A stretch of DNA of 57,879 bases from positions 1-57,879 of the forward strand of contig JAATGN010000167.1 in the NCBI GenBank assembly GCA_015654615.1. The letters run 5' to 3'. This document shows, in pieces, positions 37,386 through 51,506 of this stretch (within the stretch, counting starts at the first letter, position 1; each line of letters begins with the position of its first letter). The notes beneath the pieces were generated by a model. That model saw only the letters and a list, made by a program, of their open reading frames with translations, was not told the origin of the DNA and did not search any database. The translations under genes were made by a program, and so were the position numbers. The stretch is from Rhodospirillales bacterium. GTDB taxonomy: Bacteria; Pseudomonadota; Alphaproteobacteria; Rhodospirillales; Magnetospirillaceae.

Positions 37386-40178
37386 ATGACCGTGACCGAC
37401 CTTCCCCGCCTCGCCTTGCCCGCCGCTCCCGTCGTGGTCGCCCATCCGCGGGGCGCCATCTGGCTCAGTCCGGACGGCGAGATCGAAACATTGACGCCGC
37501 CCGAGGCCGTCCGCCGGATCCGGGCGGCGCCGGTGATGCTGCTGCACCGCTCGGCGGTGGCGGCCCGCCTGGGGATCAAGGGCGATCCTTTCCCGGCCTT
37601 CGACCTGCTCGAACTGTTCGCCTTCGTGCGGCCGGCCGGCTTTTGCGTGCCGACCGTTCGCGGCCTGGCCGAGGCGCTCGACCTGCCGGCTCCCCGCTCG
37701 CACGAGGCGGAGGCGGAACGGCTGCTGAGCGCCGCCCGGCATCTTCTCGACGAACTGGTCCGCCTGACGCCCCGCCTGCACGCCTCCCACCAAGCCGACG
37801 CCAGGGGCTTCGCCTGGATCATGGCCCGGGCCGGCTGGCCCTGGGCCGGCGCCGTGCTGGCCGCCCTGGGCGCCGCCCACGATCAGGGGCGGGGGGCGTC
37901 GGCCTTTCAAGTGTGGGATCGCCTGGGCGAGTGGAACGAGCATGCGCCCGAACCGCCGCCCGGCAATGTGCCGGTCGAACCGGCCGAAGCGCGGCTGCGC
38001 CTGGCCGAGATGCTGGGCGGAAGCGCCGAACAGCGGCCGAGCCAGGCCGATTACGCCTCGGCGGCGGCCCTGGCCTTCGCGCCGCGCCAAATGGCCGGCG
38101 CGCCCAATCTGGTGCTGGCCGAAGCCGGCACCGGCACCGGCAAGACCCTGGGCTATATCGCGCCGGCCAGCCTGTGGGCCGAGAAGAACCAGGGGCCGGT
38201 GTGGATCAGCACCTATACCCGCAACCTGCAGCGCCAATTGGACGGCGAACTCGATCGCCTGTATCCCGATCCCGCCGTCAAGGCCAGGAAGGTGGTGATC
38301 CGCAAAGGCCGCGAGAACTATCTGTGCCTGCTCAATCTCGAAGAAGCCGTGCAGCGGGTCAGGGCCCGCAAGGACGGCGGCGGCGAAGAGGCGGTGACGC
38401 TGGTCCTGATGGCCCGCTGGGCCCTGGCCAGCCGCGACGGGGATATGGTGGGCGGCGATCTGCCCGGCTGGCTGGTCGATCTGCTGGGCAAGCCGCGGAC
38501 CATGGGACTGGCCGACCGCCGCGGCGAATGCATCTATTCGGCCTGTCCGCATTTCCGCAAATGCTTCATCGAGAAGGCGGTGCGCCGGGCCCGGCGGGCC
38601 GACATCGTGGTGGCCAACCATGCCCTGGTGATGATGCAGGCGGCCTTCGGCGGTCTCGACGACGGCATCCTGCCGACCCGCTATGTGTTCGACGAGGGCC
38701 ATCACGTCTTCGAGGCGGCCGACAGCGGTTTTTCGGCCGCTCTGTCGGGTCTGGAGGCGGCGGAGCTGCGGCGATGGCTGCTGGGGGCCGAGGCCGAGGG
38801 CAGCCGCACGCGGGCCCGCGGCCTGAGACGGCGCTGCGAGGATCTGCTGGGCGGCCAGCCGGCGGCGGTGGCCGCCCTCGACGACGCCCTGCAGGCCGCC
38901 CGTCAATTGCCGGGGCCGAGCTGGCATCAGCGGCTTTCCGACGGCCGGGCGGAAGGCGCCGCCGAAGCCTTCCTCGCCCTGCTTCGCCAGCAGGTCTACG
39001 CGCGGGCGGCCGGGCAGGGCTCGCCCTACAGCCTGGAATGCGAACCGCGGCCGCCGGTCGACGGACTGGCCGAGGCGGCGCAAGCCCTGTCGGCGGCTCT
39101 CGAACGCCTGGGCAGGCCGTTGCGCGTCCTGTCCAAGGCCCTGGGCGGCGTGCTGGACGACGAGGCGGCGGAACTGGAGAGCGCCACCCGCAGCCGCATC
39201 GAGGCGATCATGCGCAGCATCGACCGCCGGGCCCTGACGCCGGTGACGGCCTGGCGGGACATGCTGAACGGGCTGGCGGCGGAGCCGCGCGGCGAATTCA
39301 TCGATTGGTTCGCCGTCGAACGGATCGACGGCCGCGACATCGATGTCGGCTTTCATCGGCATTGGATCGATCCGACCATCCCTTTCGCCAAATATGTCGC
39401 CGAACCGGCCCATGGCCTGCTGATCACCTCGGCGACCCTGCGCGACGGGACCGGCGACATGGAGGCCGACTGGACGACCGCCGAGCAGCGCACGGGGGCG
39501 CTGCACCTGCCCTTGCCGGCCGTCCGGGCGGCGGTCGCCTCGCCCTTCGACTATGCCGACTGTACGCGGGTGCTGGTGATCAACGACGTGCGCAAGGACG
39601 ACATGGACCAGGTGGCGGCGGCCTATCGCGAGCTGTTCAAGGCGGCCGGCGGCGGCGGGCTCGGGCTGTTCACCGCGGTCAGCCGCCTGAAGGAGGTCTG
39701 GAAACGGATTCGCGGTCCGCTCGATGACGCCGGCATCGATCTGCTGGCCCAGCATGTCGAGGGGATGGACACCAGCACCATCGTCGATATTTTCCGGGCC
39801 GAGGAGAACGCCTGCCTGCTGGGAACCGACGCCGTGCGCGACGGCGTCGACGTGCCGGGCCGGTCGTTGCGCCTGATCGTCTTCGATCGGGTGCCCTGGC
39901 CGCGGCCCGATATCGTCCACAAGGCGCGCCGCGCCGCCTTCGGCGGCAAGGCCTATGACGACATGATCACCCGGCTTCGCCTGAAGCAGGCCTTCGGGCG
40001 GCTCATTCGGCGGTCCGGCGACGTCGGCCTGTTCATCCTGCTCGATCCGATGATGCCGTCGCGCCTGGCCGGGGCCTTCCCGCCCGGCGTGGTGCCCGAG
40101 CGGGTCGGCTTGGCCGAAGCGGTGGCGCGGACCCGGGAATTTCTCGCAAAACCGCCGCCGGACGACGGCGCCCGGTAG
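37386..40178 (+). CDS. DinG/YoaA family ATP-dependent DNA helicase
   Basis: EAGTGTGKT, KGRENYLC plus Cys cluster, VVANHAL, DEGH, TSATL and QAFGRLIR; start could be 37350 or 37386. Confidence 0.92.
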   Translation: MTVTDLPRLALPAAPVVVAHPRGAIWLSPDGEIETLTPPEAVRRIRAAPVMLLHRSAVAARLGIKGDPFPAFDLLELFAFVRPAGFCVPTVRGLAEALDLPAPRSHEAEAERLLSAARHLLDELVRLTPRLHASHQADARGFAWIMARAGWPWAGAVLAALGAAHDQGRGASAFQVWDRLGEWNEHAPEPPPGNVPVEPAEARLRLAEMLGGSAEQRPSQADYASAAALAFAPRQMAGAPNLVLAEAGTGTGKTLGYIAPASLWAEKNQGPVWISTYTRNLQRQLDGELDRLYPDPAVKARKVVIRKGRENYLCLLNLEEAVQRVRARKDGGGEEAVTLVLMARWALASRDGDMVGGDLPGWLVDLLGKPRTMGLADRRGECIYSACPHFRKCFIEKAVRRARRADIVVANHALVMMQAAFGGLDDGILPTRYVFDEGHHVFEAADSGFSAALSGLEAAELRRWLLGAEAEGSRTRARGLRRRCEDLLGGQPAAVAALDDALQAARQLPGPSWHQRLSDGRAEGAAEAFLALLRQQVYARAAGQGSPYSLECEPRPPVDGLAEAAQALSAALERLGRPLRVLSKALGGVLDDEAAELESATRSRIEAIMRSIDRRALTPVTAWRDMLNGLAAEPRGEFIDWFAVERIDGRDIDVGFHRHWIDPTIPFAKYVAEPAHGLLITSATLRDGTGDMEADWTTAEQRTGALHLPLPAVRAAVASPFDYADCTRVLVINDVRKDDMDQVAAAYRELFKAAGGGGLGLFTAVSRLKEVWKRIRGPLDDAGIDLLAQHVEGMDTSTIVDIFRAEENACLLGTDAVRDGVDVPGRSLRLIVFDRVPWPRPDIVHKARRAAFGGKAYDDMITRLRLKQAFGRLIRRSGDVGLFILLDPMMPSRLAGAFPPGVVPERVGLAEAVARTREFLAKPPPDDGAR

Positions 40179-40200
40179 CGGGCCGGGGCCGCCGGCAAGG

Positions 40201-40222
40201 CGTCCCGCCCGGCGGCGGGACG
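40201..40222. terminator. Hairpin between the convergent helicase and MipA genes
   Basis: cgtcccgcc-cggc-ggcgggacg. Confidence 0.45.
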
Positions 40223-40232
40223 CGGGTCCGCA

Positions 40233-41063
40233 TCAGAAATGATAGGCGACGCCGATGCCGCCGAAGGCCTGGTCCTTGTCCTGGACGATCGGGCTGTCGG
40301 CGGCGTCGCCGATGATCTCGGAGACCTTGGCGATGCCGAACAGGAGCCAATGGGGGCTGAGCTGATAGGTGGCGTTGAGCCCGAGGGAGACGTCCTGCAG
40401 CCCGCCGCCGGCCGAGTAGACCTGCAAACCCGAGGCGCGGGACTGCTCGCCGGTCACGCTGAAATACCGCTTCATATGGTCGCCGTCGGCAAAGGACAGC
40501 TCCGGGCCCATCTTGAACATCCAGCCGGCGGCCGGACGCAAGGTGTAGGTGGCGCCCACCGAACCGACCAGGCCGTTGCCGGTATGGGTGACGGCCTGGC
40601 GCGCCTGGGCCCGGATTTCGAAGGCGTTCCATTGATAGGCGGCAAACCCGCCCATCTGGATGGCGGTGGTGATGTTTCCCAGGCCATGCAGATGCGGATC
40701 GTCGCTTTCGTCCCGTCCGCCGCCGTAGCCGAGCAGCAGGCCGGCCCGGAATCCGCCGGCCTTCAGGACATTGGCGCCCAATCCCTGCGGCCCCAGGCTG
40801 CCGATGCCGGCGTAGGAGACCGATCCATAGGGAATCGGCGTGAAGTGATAACGCTCGGCCCCTTCGAAACGGGGCGCGTAGCCGGCGCCCATGCCCAGGG
40901 TGACGTTCCACGGCCCGGTCGAAGGATGATCGGCGGCGCTGGGCTGCTCCAATTGCTGGTCGAGGATTTCGTCGGCCATCGCCGCCGTCGCGCCGGCGCA
41001 GAGGCCGACGGAGAGCAGGGGGAAAAGCAGGCGGCGGCATGCGGGGAAAAGACCAATTTGCAC
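40233..41063 (-). CDS. MipA/OmpV family outer-membrane protein
   Basis: Signal peptide, APRFEGA, YFSVT, DAADSPIV and C-terminal aromatic (VAYHF); GTG start with GGAG RBS. Confidence 0.88.
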   Translation of the reverse strand: MQIGLFPACRRLLFPLLSVGLCAGATAAMADEILDQQLEQPSAADHPSTGPWNVTLGMGAGYAPRFEGAERYHFTPIPYGSVSYAGIGSLGPQGLGANVLKAGGFRAGLLLGYGGGRDESDDPHLHGLGNITTAIQMGGFAAYQWNAFEIRAQARQAVTHTGNGLVGSVGATYTLRPAAGWMFKMGPELSFADGDHMKRYFSVTGEQSRASGLQVYSAGGGLQDVSLGLNATYQLSPHWLLFGIAKVSEIIGDAADSPIVQDKDQAFGGIGVAYHF

Positions 41064-41128
41064 AGCGAGGGACTCCGGTGGTTCGGGACGGCGCACTTTA
41101 GCGCCAAGACTGTTCACTGTGGCCAGGC

Positions 41129-41188
41129 GTGGCGCGGGCGTCCCTGCCCGCGTCTTGGCAGATGGGGCGGGCCCGCGGGCCCGCCCCA
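41129..41188. repeat. Single REP-like unit plus a perfect 26-bp palindrome
   Basis: gtggcgcgggcgtccctgcccgcg (related to 2044-2067) then tggggcgggcccg|cgggcccgcccca. Confidence 0.65.
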
Positions 41189-41310
41189 CTGGCGAGGCGA
41201 ACGGTCTCGACTGTAGCACAGGAATTCCGCGGCGCGAGCTTCCGAGAGCCGCGGGAACGGCATGTCTGCGTCGATTTTTTTTACGAGGTTGAAATCGCCG
41301 GCGACCGATT

Positions 41311-41940
41311 CTACTGGCTGGCCCAGACGATGCGGGCCAGCGAGGCGACTTCGTCGATCGGCAGACTGAGGTCGCCGCCGGCGGCGAGGGGCTGCAGTTC
41401 GACGCGTTTCGCGGTATGGCGCAGCAGACGCCGGATGAAGATTTCCCCTTTGGTGGTCCGCACCAGGACGCGATCGCCGCGGCGGGGCGCCGTCGACGGC
41501 GAGACGATCAGAATGTCTCCATCCTGATAGACCGGTTCCATTTGATTGTCGGTAACCTCGACGGCGAAGGCGTGAGGGTCGGCGATGCGCGGCAGGGCGA
41601 TTTCATCCCAATCGCCGCCGACCGGATAACCCGACGCATTGAACCGCCGATCCGCTTCGAGGGCGCGCAGATCGGTCAAGGGAACCGTCTGTTGATGCGC
41701 CGTCGTCTGATCCGGCCGCACGAGGCCGACGAAATGGCTGAAGCTGGAGTCCGTGGCCTCCAGGATCTTCGAGATGCTTTCGGTGCTGGGCCAGCGGGCC
41801 TTGCCCTCCTTGGTGATTCGCTTGCTGCGATTGAACGTGGTCGGGTCCAATCCGGCGCGGCGCGCCAGGCCCGAGGCGGTCAGCCGGTTTTCCTGCGCCA
41901 GGCGATCGATGGCGGACCAGATATCTGCGTGCGTCAACAT
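41311..41940 (-). CDS. HTH/S24 (LexA/CI-like) transcriptional regulator, apparently non-catalytic
   Basis: IWSAIDRLA..SGLARRAGLDPTTFN.SKR..RWPSTESI; S24 domain AFAVEV.DNQMEP..DGD. Confidence 0.88.
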   Translation of the reverse strand: MLTHADIWSAIDRLAQENRLTASGLARRAGLDPTTFNRSKRITKEGKARWPSTESISKILEATDSSFSHFVGLVRPDQTTAHQQTVPLTDLRALEADRRFNASGYPVGGDWDEIALPRIADPHAFAVEVTDNQMEPVYQDGDILIVSPSTAPRRGDRVLVRTTKGEIFIRRLLRHTAKRVELQPLAAGGDLSLPIDEVASLARIVWASQ

Positions 41941-42324
41941 GGGAACAATATCTCACAAAGATCTCGGGCGGGCGATATCAAAAACATCCCCTCGCACAAT
42001 ATATGAAACCTTTCAGTTGATAACGGAATTTCTGCAAAAATGTTCCGACAGGCACGGTAAAGAACGCGTCCGGTTCGAATCGGGTGGCGCCCTTCCCAGC
42101 GGTCCGATATGGTCTATCTACTTTACGGTGATAGGGGGCGTTCGGGAATTGGATCTTACCCCGGGCGGCATGGCCCAGGCGATCGGGGCCGGCCGCCGCC
42201 CCGCCGCGGTCTGTCATAAAATCTCCATTCCGGCGCCGATTGCTAATCCTTCTGTTACAGCGTATTGAGAACCCGATTTGCGCCGCGTCCGGCGCATCGA
42301 GAGGATGTTTGGCGGGAGGGGTCA

Positions 42325-44061
42325 TTGCCGCGGACGATTATTCCGGCCACCGTCAGTTTTGGCCCAGGTCTGCGGCCCAATGTGTGGGATTTGGCCGTAT
42401 TGCCCCTGGTCCTGGCGATTCTGTGGGTGCTCGCCTTCGGCGGCGCGCAGATGGCCACACCTTATAATATCGGCGATCCCCTGCCGATCACCCTCGATCC
42501 GGGCGCCTTGCCCTATTATCTGCTGCGCTCGTTCCTGCGCATGGCCATCGGCCTGGGCGTCTCCTTGCTGTTCACCCTGGTCTATGCGACCTTGGCGGCG
42601 AAAAGCCGATATGCCGAAAAGATCCTGATTCCGGTTCTCGACGTCTTGCAATCGATCCCGATTCTCGGCTTTCTGTCGATCACCGTGACCGGGTTCATCG
42701 CGCTTTTTCCCGGCAATCTGCTGGGTGTCGAATGTGCGTCGATTTTCGCCATTTTCACCTCGCAGGCGTGGAACATGACCTTCAGCTTCTACGCCTCCCT
42801 GCGCACGGTCCCGCATGACCTGCAGGAGGCCGCCGATATGTTCCATCTGTCGGCCTGGCAGCGCTTCTGGCAGCTGGAATTGCCTTTCGCCGCGCCGGGA
42901 TTGATCTGGAATATGATGATGTCGGTGTCCGGCGGCTGGTTCTTCGTCGTCGCCTCCGAAGCGATCACCGTCAACAGCCAGACCATCACGCTGCCGGGGA
43001 TCGGCTCCTATATCGCCATGGCGATCGCCGAAAAGGACCTGCCGGCGATCGCCTGGGCGATCCTGGCCATGCTGATCGGCATCATCCTCTATGATCAGCT
43101 GTTCTTTCGCCCGCTGGTCGCCTGGGCCGACAAGTTCAAGTTCGAGACCGCGCCCGGCGAGGAGATCCCCACCTCGCGGTTGCTCGACATGCTGCAGCGG
43201 ACCCGTCTGCTTCGTGTCTTCAGCACGGTGCCCGCCGTGGTGTGGGAATGGTCCCTGCCGGTGTTCCGCAAGCGGACCGACGGTCTGGGAAAAGCGAGCT
43301 CGACCAAGTTCCGCCTTCCCTGGTTCGATCGGCTGTGGACCTTGTTCCTGCTGGGCATCGCCGCTTTCGCCGTCTACCGGATCGGCGAATATGTGAAGGA
43401 GGAGGTCGGCCTCGACGAGGTCTTGCATGTCTTCCTGCTCGGCCTGGCGACCGCGGTTCGGGTCATCGTGCTGATCGCCATCGCGGCGGTGATCTGGGTG
43501 CCGGTCGGCGTCTGGATCGGCTTTCGGCCGCGATTGGCGCAGACCGTGCAGCCGATCGCCCAATTCATGGCGGCATTTCCCGCCAACCTGATGTTTCCGG
43601 TGGCCGTCATCCTGATCCTGCATTTCAACGCGAGCGTCGAGATCTGGACCAGCCCGCTGATGATCCTCGGCACCCAGTGGTATATTCTGTTCAACGTCAT
43701 CTCCGGCGCCATGTCGATGCCCAGCGATCTGCGCGCCGTGGCCGACAATCTGGGGCTCAAGGGCTGGCTGCGCTGGAAGCGCCTCATCCTGCCCGGCATC
43801 TTCCCGTCCTTCGTCACCGGGGCGATCACCGCCTCGGGAGGGTCCTGGAACGCCAGCATCGTCTCGGAAATGGTCAGCTGGGGCGATACCACATTGATGG
43901 CGACCGGCATCGGCTCCTACATCGCCGACAACACCCAGAAGGGCGATTTTCCGCGCATCGCCTTGGGCGTGGCGGTGATGTGCTGTTATGTGATGCTGTT
44001 CAACCGCCAGATCTGGCGCCGCATGTACCGCCTGGCCGAAGAACGCCTGCGCATCGATTGA
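42325..44061 (+). CDS. ABC transporter permease (NitT/TauT family, duplicated domain)
   Basis: DVLQSIPILGF, SQAWNM, GGSWNASIVSE and many TM segments; TTG start after GGGAGG (start uncertain). Confidence 0.9.
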   Translation: MPRTIIPATVSFGPGLRPNVWDLAVLPLVLAILWVLAFGGAQMATPYNIGDPLPITLDPGALPYYLLRSFLRMAIGLGVSLLFTLVYATLAAKSRYAEKILIPVLDVLQSIPILGFLSITVTGFIALFPGNLLGVECASIFAIFTSQAWNMTFSFYASLRTVPHDLQEAADMFHLSAWQRFWQLELPFAAPGLIWNMMMSVSGGWFFVVASEAITVNSQTITLPGIGSYIAMAIAEKDLPAIAWAILAMLIGIILYDQLFFRPLVAWADKFKFETAPGEEIPTSRLLDMLQRTRLLRVFSTVPAVVWEWSLPVFRKRTDGLGKASSTKFRLPWFDRLWTLFLLGIAAFAVYRIGEYVKEEVGLDEVLHVFLLGLATAVRVIVLIAIAAVIWVPVGVWIGFRPRLAQTVQPIAQFMAAFPANLMFPVAVILILHFNASVEIWTSPLMILGTQWYILFNVISGAMSMPSDLRAVADNLGLKGWLRWKRLILPGIFPSFVTGAITASGGSWNASIVSEMVSWGDTTLMATGIGSYIADNTQKGDFPRIALGVAVMCCYVMLFNRQIWRRMYRLAEERLRID

Positions 44062-44075
44062 GAAGGGCCCTTGCC

Positions 44076-45407
44076 GTGACAGAGACCAACGAATTGCTGA
44101 TCGATCTCACCGACGTTCGCAAATTCTTCCGGGCACCGGATCATTCCGACCGCGTCGTGCTGGAGGATGTGAACTTTCAACTGAAGCAAGGCGAAATCGT
44201 CTCGCTGCTGGGCAAGTCGGGATCGGGAAAGTCCACCTTGCTGCGCATCATCGCCGGCCTGATCGACGCCAATGGCGGCCGGGTTCTCTATCGCGGCAAG
44301 GCCATCAACGGTCCGGTCCGCGGCATTGCCATGGTCTTCCAATCCTTCGCCCTGTTCCCCTGGCTGACGGTCCAGCAGAATGTCGAATTGGGCCTCGAGG
44401 CGCTGGCGGTGCCGGCCGCCGAGCGCGAGACCAGGGCGCTCGACGCCATCGACGTGATCGGGCTGGGCGGATTCGAATCCGCTTATCCGCGGGAGTTGTC
44501 GGGCGGCATGCGTCAGCGCGTCGGCTTCGCCCGGGCCCTGGTGATGCGTCCCGACATCCTGCTGATGGACGAGCCTTTTTCGGCGCTCGATGTGCTGACG
44601 GCGGAAACCCTGAGCGGGGATCTGCTGGAGTTGTGGCAGGAACGGAAGATCCCGACCAAGGGCATTCTTTTCGTTTCGCACAATATCGAGGAAGCCGTGG
44701 CGATGTCGGATCGGGTCCTGATCTTCTCGTCCGATCCGGGGCGGGTGAAAGCCGAGGTGCCGGTGCCCCTGGCGCATCCCCGCGACAAGGATTCGCCGGC
44801 CTTCAAGGCGATCGTCGATCAGGTCTACGCCATCATGACCCAGCGCCCGCTGCGCCCGGTCGGGGCCGAACCGTTGAGCCTCGGCTATCGCCTGCCGTCG
44901 GCCACGCCGCACAAGATCGAAGGGATGATCGAGACGCTGATCGAGCCGCAATTCTCCGGCAAGGCCGATCTGCCGGCCCTGGCCGACGAATTGCAGCTGC
45001 CGGACGATGCCTTGTTCCACTTGCTGGAGGCCGGCGCCCTGCTCGGATTCATCCGGGTCGACGAAGGCGACGCGATTCTGCTGCCCCTGGGCCGGACTTT
45101 CGCCGAGGCCGAGACGACGGAACGCAAGTCCCTGTTCGCCGAGCAGCTGCTGTCGCACATCTCCCTGGCCAGCCATATCCGCCATGTCCTGGACGAACGG
45201 CGCGATCATCGGGCGCCGGAGGGACGGTTCATCCAGGAATTGGAGGATTTCCTCAGCGACGACGAAGCCGAGCGCGTGCTGGAGCAGGTGATCTCCTGGG
45301 GACGATATGCCGAAATCTTCGATTACGACTATACCTCCGGCGTTCTCTCCTTGCCGGAAGAAGACGAGGAAGAGCAGGTCCCGGCCAGCGAAGACGCCGC
45401 CGAATGA
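44076..45407 (+). CDS. ABC transporter ATP-binding protein with C-terminal AAA-associated domain
   Basis: GKSGSGKST, LSGGMRQR, LLMDEPF and C-terminal WGRYAE. Confidence 0.92.
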   Translation: MTETNELLIDLTDVRKFFRAPDHSDRVVLEDVNFQLKQGEIVSLLGKSGSGKSTLLRIIAGLIDANGGRVLYRGKAINGPVRGIAMVFQSFALFPWLTVQQNVELGLEALAVPAAERETRALDAIDVIGLGGFESAYPRELSGGMRQRVGFARALVMRPDILLMDEPFSALDVLTAETLSGDLLELWQERKIPTKGILFVSHNIEEAVAMSDRVLIFSSDPGRVKAEVPVPLAHPRDKDSPAFKAIVDQVYAIMTQRPLRPVGAEPLSLGYRLPSATPHKIEGMIETLIEPQFSGKADLPALADELQLPDDALFHLLEAGALLGFIRVDEGDAILLPLGRTFAEAETTERKSLFAEQLLSHISLASHIRHVLDERRDHRAPEGRFIQELEDFLSDDEAERVLEQVISWGRYAEIFDYDYTSGVLSLPEEDEEEQVPASEDAAE

Positions 45408-45467
45408 GGCAATGGCGGAACATCCCGGGCTTGTCCGATCCCTGCTCTTTCGGGTAGGGTCCGGCGC

Positions 45468-45815
45468 ATGAACAAAACCATCTATCACATGTGCCGGATG
45501 ACCGAATGGCAGGCGGCGGTGGCGGGCGGCGTTTACGCGGGGTCAGCGCAGGACAAGGCCGACGGCTTCATTCATTTTTCCACCGGGGCGCAGATCGAAG
45601 AGTCGGCGCGGCGTCATCGCGCCGGTCAGGACGGCCTGGTGCTACTGGTGGTCGACAGCGTCCGTCTGGGCGAGGCCTTGCGCTGGGAAGAGTCCCGCGG
45701 CGGCCAATCGTTTCCGCATCTCTACGGACAGATGCCCCTGACCGCGGTGATGGAAGTGCACGATCTGCCCCTCGGGGCCGACGGCGAACACCGCTTTCCC
45801 CTGCTCGAAGATTGA
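45468..45815 (+). CDS. DUF952 family protein
   Basis: IYH, DGFIHFST and WEESRGG.FPHLYG. Confidence 0.9.
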   Translation: MNKTIYHMCRMTEWQAAVAGGVYAGSAQDKADGFIHFSTGAQIEESARRHRAGQDGLVLLVVDSVRLGEALRWEESRGGQSFPHLYGQMPLTAVMEVHDLPLGADGEHRFPLLED

Positions 45816-45819
45816 TGCC

Positions 45820-46881
45820 TTGCTTGATTATTACCGCTTTGCCGGACCGCTGATCCGCCTGCTTTCGGCCGAAGCGGCGCACAATCTTTCGGTGGCCATT
45901 CTGAAGACCGGATTGGTGCCGCCGCAGCCGCGCGCCGACGATCCGGCGCTGAAAATCGCCTTGTGGGGACGGGAGTTTCCCAACCCCATCGGTCTGGCCG
46001 CCGGTTACGACAAGAATGCCGAAGTCCCCGACGCCCTGCTCGCCCAGGGGTTCGGCTTCGTCGAGATCGGAACCGTGACGCCCGAGCCGCAGCCGGGCAA
46101 TCCCAAGCCGCGCCTTTTTCGCCTGGTCGAGGACAAGGCGGTGATCAATCGCATGGGCTTCAACAATGACGGGATGCAGCGGGTGGCCGGACGGTTGGCG
46201 CGGCGGCGCTGCGCCGGCACCGTCGGGGTCAATCTCGGCAAGAACAAGACGACCGAGGACGCGGCCGCCGACTATGAAAAGGGCGCGCGGGTTCTCGGCC
46301 CCCTGTCGGATTACCTGGTGATCAACGTCTCCTCGCCGAATACGCCCGGACTTCGGGCCTTGCAGGGACGCGCCGCCCTGGAGGATCTGGTCGGGCGGGT
46401 CCGGCGGGTTTTGTCCGAACTGCCGGTGTCGCCGCCGCTTCTGTTGAAGATCGCCCCCGATCTGACCGACCAGGATCAACGCGACATCGTCGATGTGGCG
46501 CTGGCGGCGGGGCTCGACGGATTGGTCGTCACCAACACCACCATCGCCCGCCCCGGGGAATTGAGATCGGCCAACAAGGCGGAGACGGGGGGCCTGTCGG
46601 GACCGCCCCTGTTCGACCCCTCGACCCGGATGCTGGGCGACATCCATCGGCTGACCGGCGGCCGCCTGCCGCTGATCGGCGTCGGCGGCGTCACCACCGG
46701 GGCGCAAGCCTATGCCAAGATCCGCGCCGGGGCGTCCCTGGTCCAGCTCTATACGGCCCTGATCTATCACGGCACCGCCCAGGTGACCCGGATCAAGCGC
46801 GATCTGGCGGCCTTGCTGCGCCGCGACGGCTTTCGAAAACTGTCGGATGCCGTCGGCGCCGATCATGCGAGCGTCGGATGA
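45820..46881 (+). CDS. pyrD: Quinone-dependent dihydroorotate dehydrogenase
   Basis: GLAAGYDKN, GNPKPRLFRL, NRMGFNN, NVSSPNTPGLR and KIAPDL. Confidence 0.96.
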   Translation: MLDYYRFAGPLIRLLSAEAAHNLSVAILKTGLVPPQPRADDPALKIALWGREFPNPIGLAAGYDKNAEVPDALLAQGFGFVEIGTVTPEPQPGNPKPRLFRLVEDKAVINRMGFNNDGMQRVAGRLARRRCAGTVGVNLGKNKTTEDAAADYEKGARVLGPLSDYLVINVSSPNTPGLRALQGRAALEDLVGRVRRVLSELPVSPPLLLKIAPDLTDQDQRDIVDVALAAGLDGLVVTNTTIARPGELRSANKAETGGLSGPPLFDPSTRMLGDIHRLTGGRLPLIGVGGVTTGAQAYAKIRAGASLVQLYTALIYHGTAQVTRIKRDLAALLRRDGFRKLSDAVGADHASVG

Positions 46882-47753
46882 CCGTGCCGATCCTGACCGG
46901 CCTGCGCGACCTGGGCGATCGTTACGACGGCTTCATCCTCGATCTGTGGGGGGTGATCCATGACGGCATCACGGCCTATCCGGGCGCCAAGGCGGCTCTT
47001 GCCGAATTGAAACGGCGGGGCAAGCGGACCGTCATGCTGTCCAATGCGCCGCGGCGGGCTTCCTCGATGATCGAACTGATGGACGAGATCGGCATCGAGC
47101 GGGACCTGTACGGCGACATCCTCACCTCGGGCGAAGCGGTCTTCATCGAGATGCGGACAAGGCAGGATCCCTGGTTCGCCGCCTTGGGCCGGCGTTGCCT
47201 GCATGTCGGGACCGAACGCGACAGGTCTCTTTTCGAAGGTCTCGACCTCGACCTGGTCGAAACCGTGGAACAGGCGCAATTCCTGATGGTGACCGGACCC
47301 GACGATTTCGACGCCCGGCTCGAGGATTCCATGCCGCTGCTCGATGCGGCCGCCGGCCGCGCTCTGCCCATGGTTTGCGCCAATCCGGATCTCGTGGTGA
47401 TCAGCGAAGGCCGGCCGCTGGTCTGTGCCGGCGCCCTGGCCGCCTATTACGAACGGATCGGCGGCCCGGTGCGATACCGGGGCAAGCCCGATGCGGCGAT
47501 CTACGATGTCTGCCTGGAACGGCTGGGCATCGCCGACCGCCGCAAGGTGCTGGCGGTCGGCGATGCCTTTCATACGGATGTGGCGGGCGCGAACGCGGCC
47601 GGACTGGACAGCCTGTTCTGCAGCGGCGGCATCCATGCCGCGGAAATCGGCACGGTCTACGGCGAAACGCCGCCGCTCGCCGGGGTCGAAGCGGCGATCG
47701 CGGCGCATGGCCATTTGCGTCCGACGGCGGTGATCGGCGGCTTCGTCTGGTGA
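46878..47753 (+). CDS. HAD-superfamily class IIA hydrolase (TIGR01459-like)
   Basis: DLWGVIHDG, LSNAPR, CANPD, GKP and VGDAFHTD. Confidence 0.9.
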   Translation: MTVPILTGLRDLGDRYDGFILDLWGVIHDGITAYPGAKAALAELKRRGKRTVMLSNAPRRASSMIELMDEIGIERDLYGDILTSGEAVFIEMRTRQDPWFAALGRRCLHVGTERDRSLFEGLDLDLVETVEQAQFLMVTGPDDFDARLEDSMPLLDAAAGRALPMVCANPDLVVISEGRPLVCAGALAAYYERIGGPVRYRGKPDAAIYDVCLERLGIADRRKVLAVGDAFHTDVAGANAAGLDSLFCSGGIHAAEIGTVYGETPPLAGVEAAIAAHGHLRPTAVIGGFVW

Positions 47754-48173
47754 TCCCGGCGAATTCGGGGGACGCCTTTTTCGCCCCTGTTCGGCAAGGC
47801 GGCGCGGCGGCGCCTGGCCCCGTGATTGCGTCCCGCTCAAGTGTCGGCGTGAACAGACATTTTCGGTTTGGTGTTTTTTAAACCCCCGTCATCGGCCATG
47901 ACGGCGACCTGTTGATATTCCAGAGAAAGAATGTGTTCACGCCGGCGCCAAGCCGGCGAGGGACAAAAACATGGGAATGCCCCCAAAGGAAGAGGGACTC
48001 TCCTGGTGCAAAAATTCACCCGCTCTTTGGTTGGAACGACGAATGAAAGAACCCAAATTGCCGAAATCGGCTTTCCAGGCCTGAATTCTTTAAGCCTGGA
48101 ATCTGGTGGAGTGGACTAAATCTAACCCGTAAGATACAACTATACAGGGAATGCTACCTGCAGTTTTGGGGCG

Positions 48174-51495
<3,322 letters not shown>

Positions 51496-51506
<11 letters not shown>

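Noticed and set aside
35855-39727. Long overlapping ORFs (1,290 aa here; also 13586-16150, 37365-39920 and 48090-51542)
   Set aside because: Shadow frames of well-supported genes with no recognisable domains
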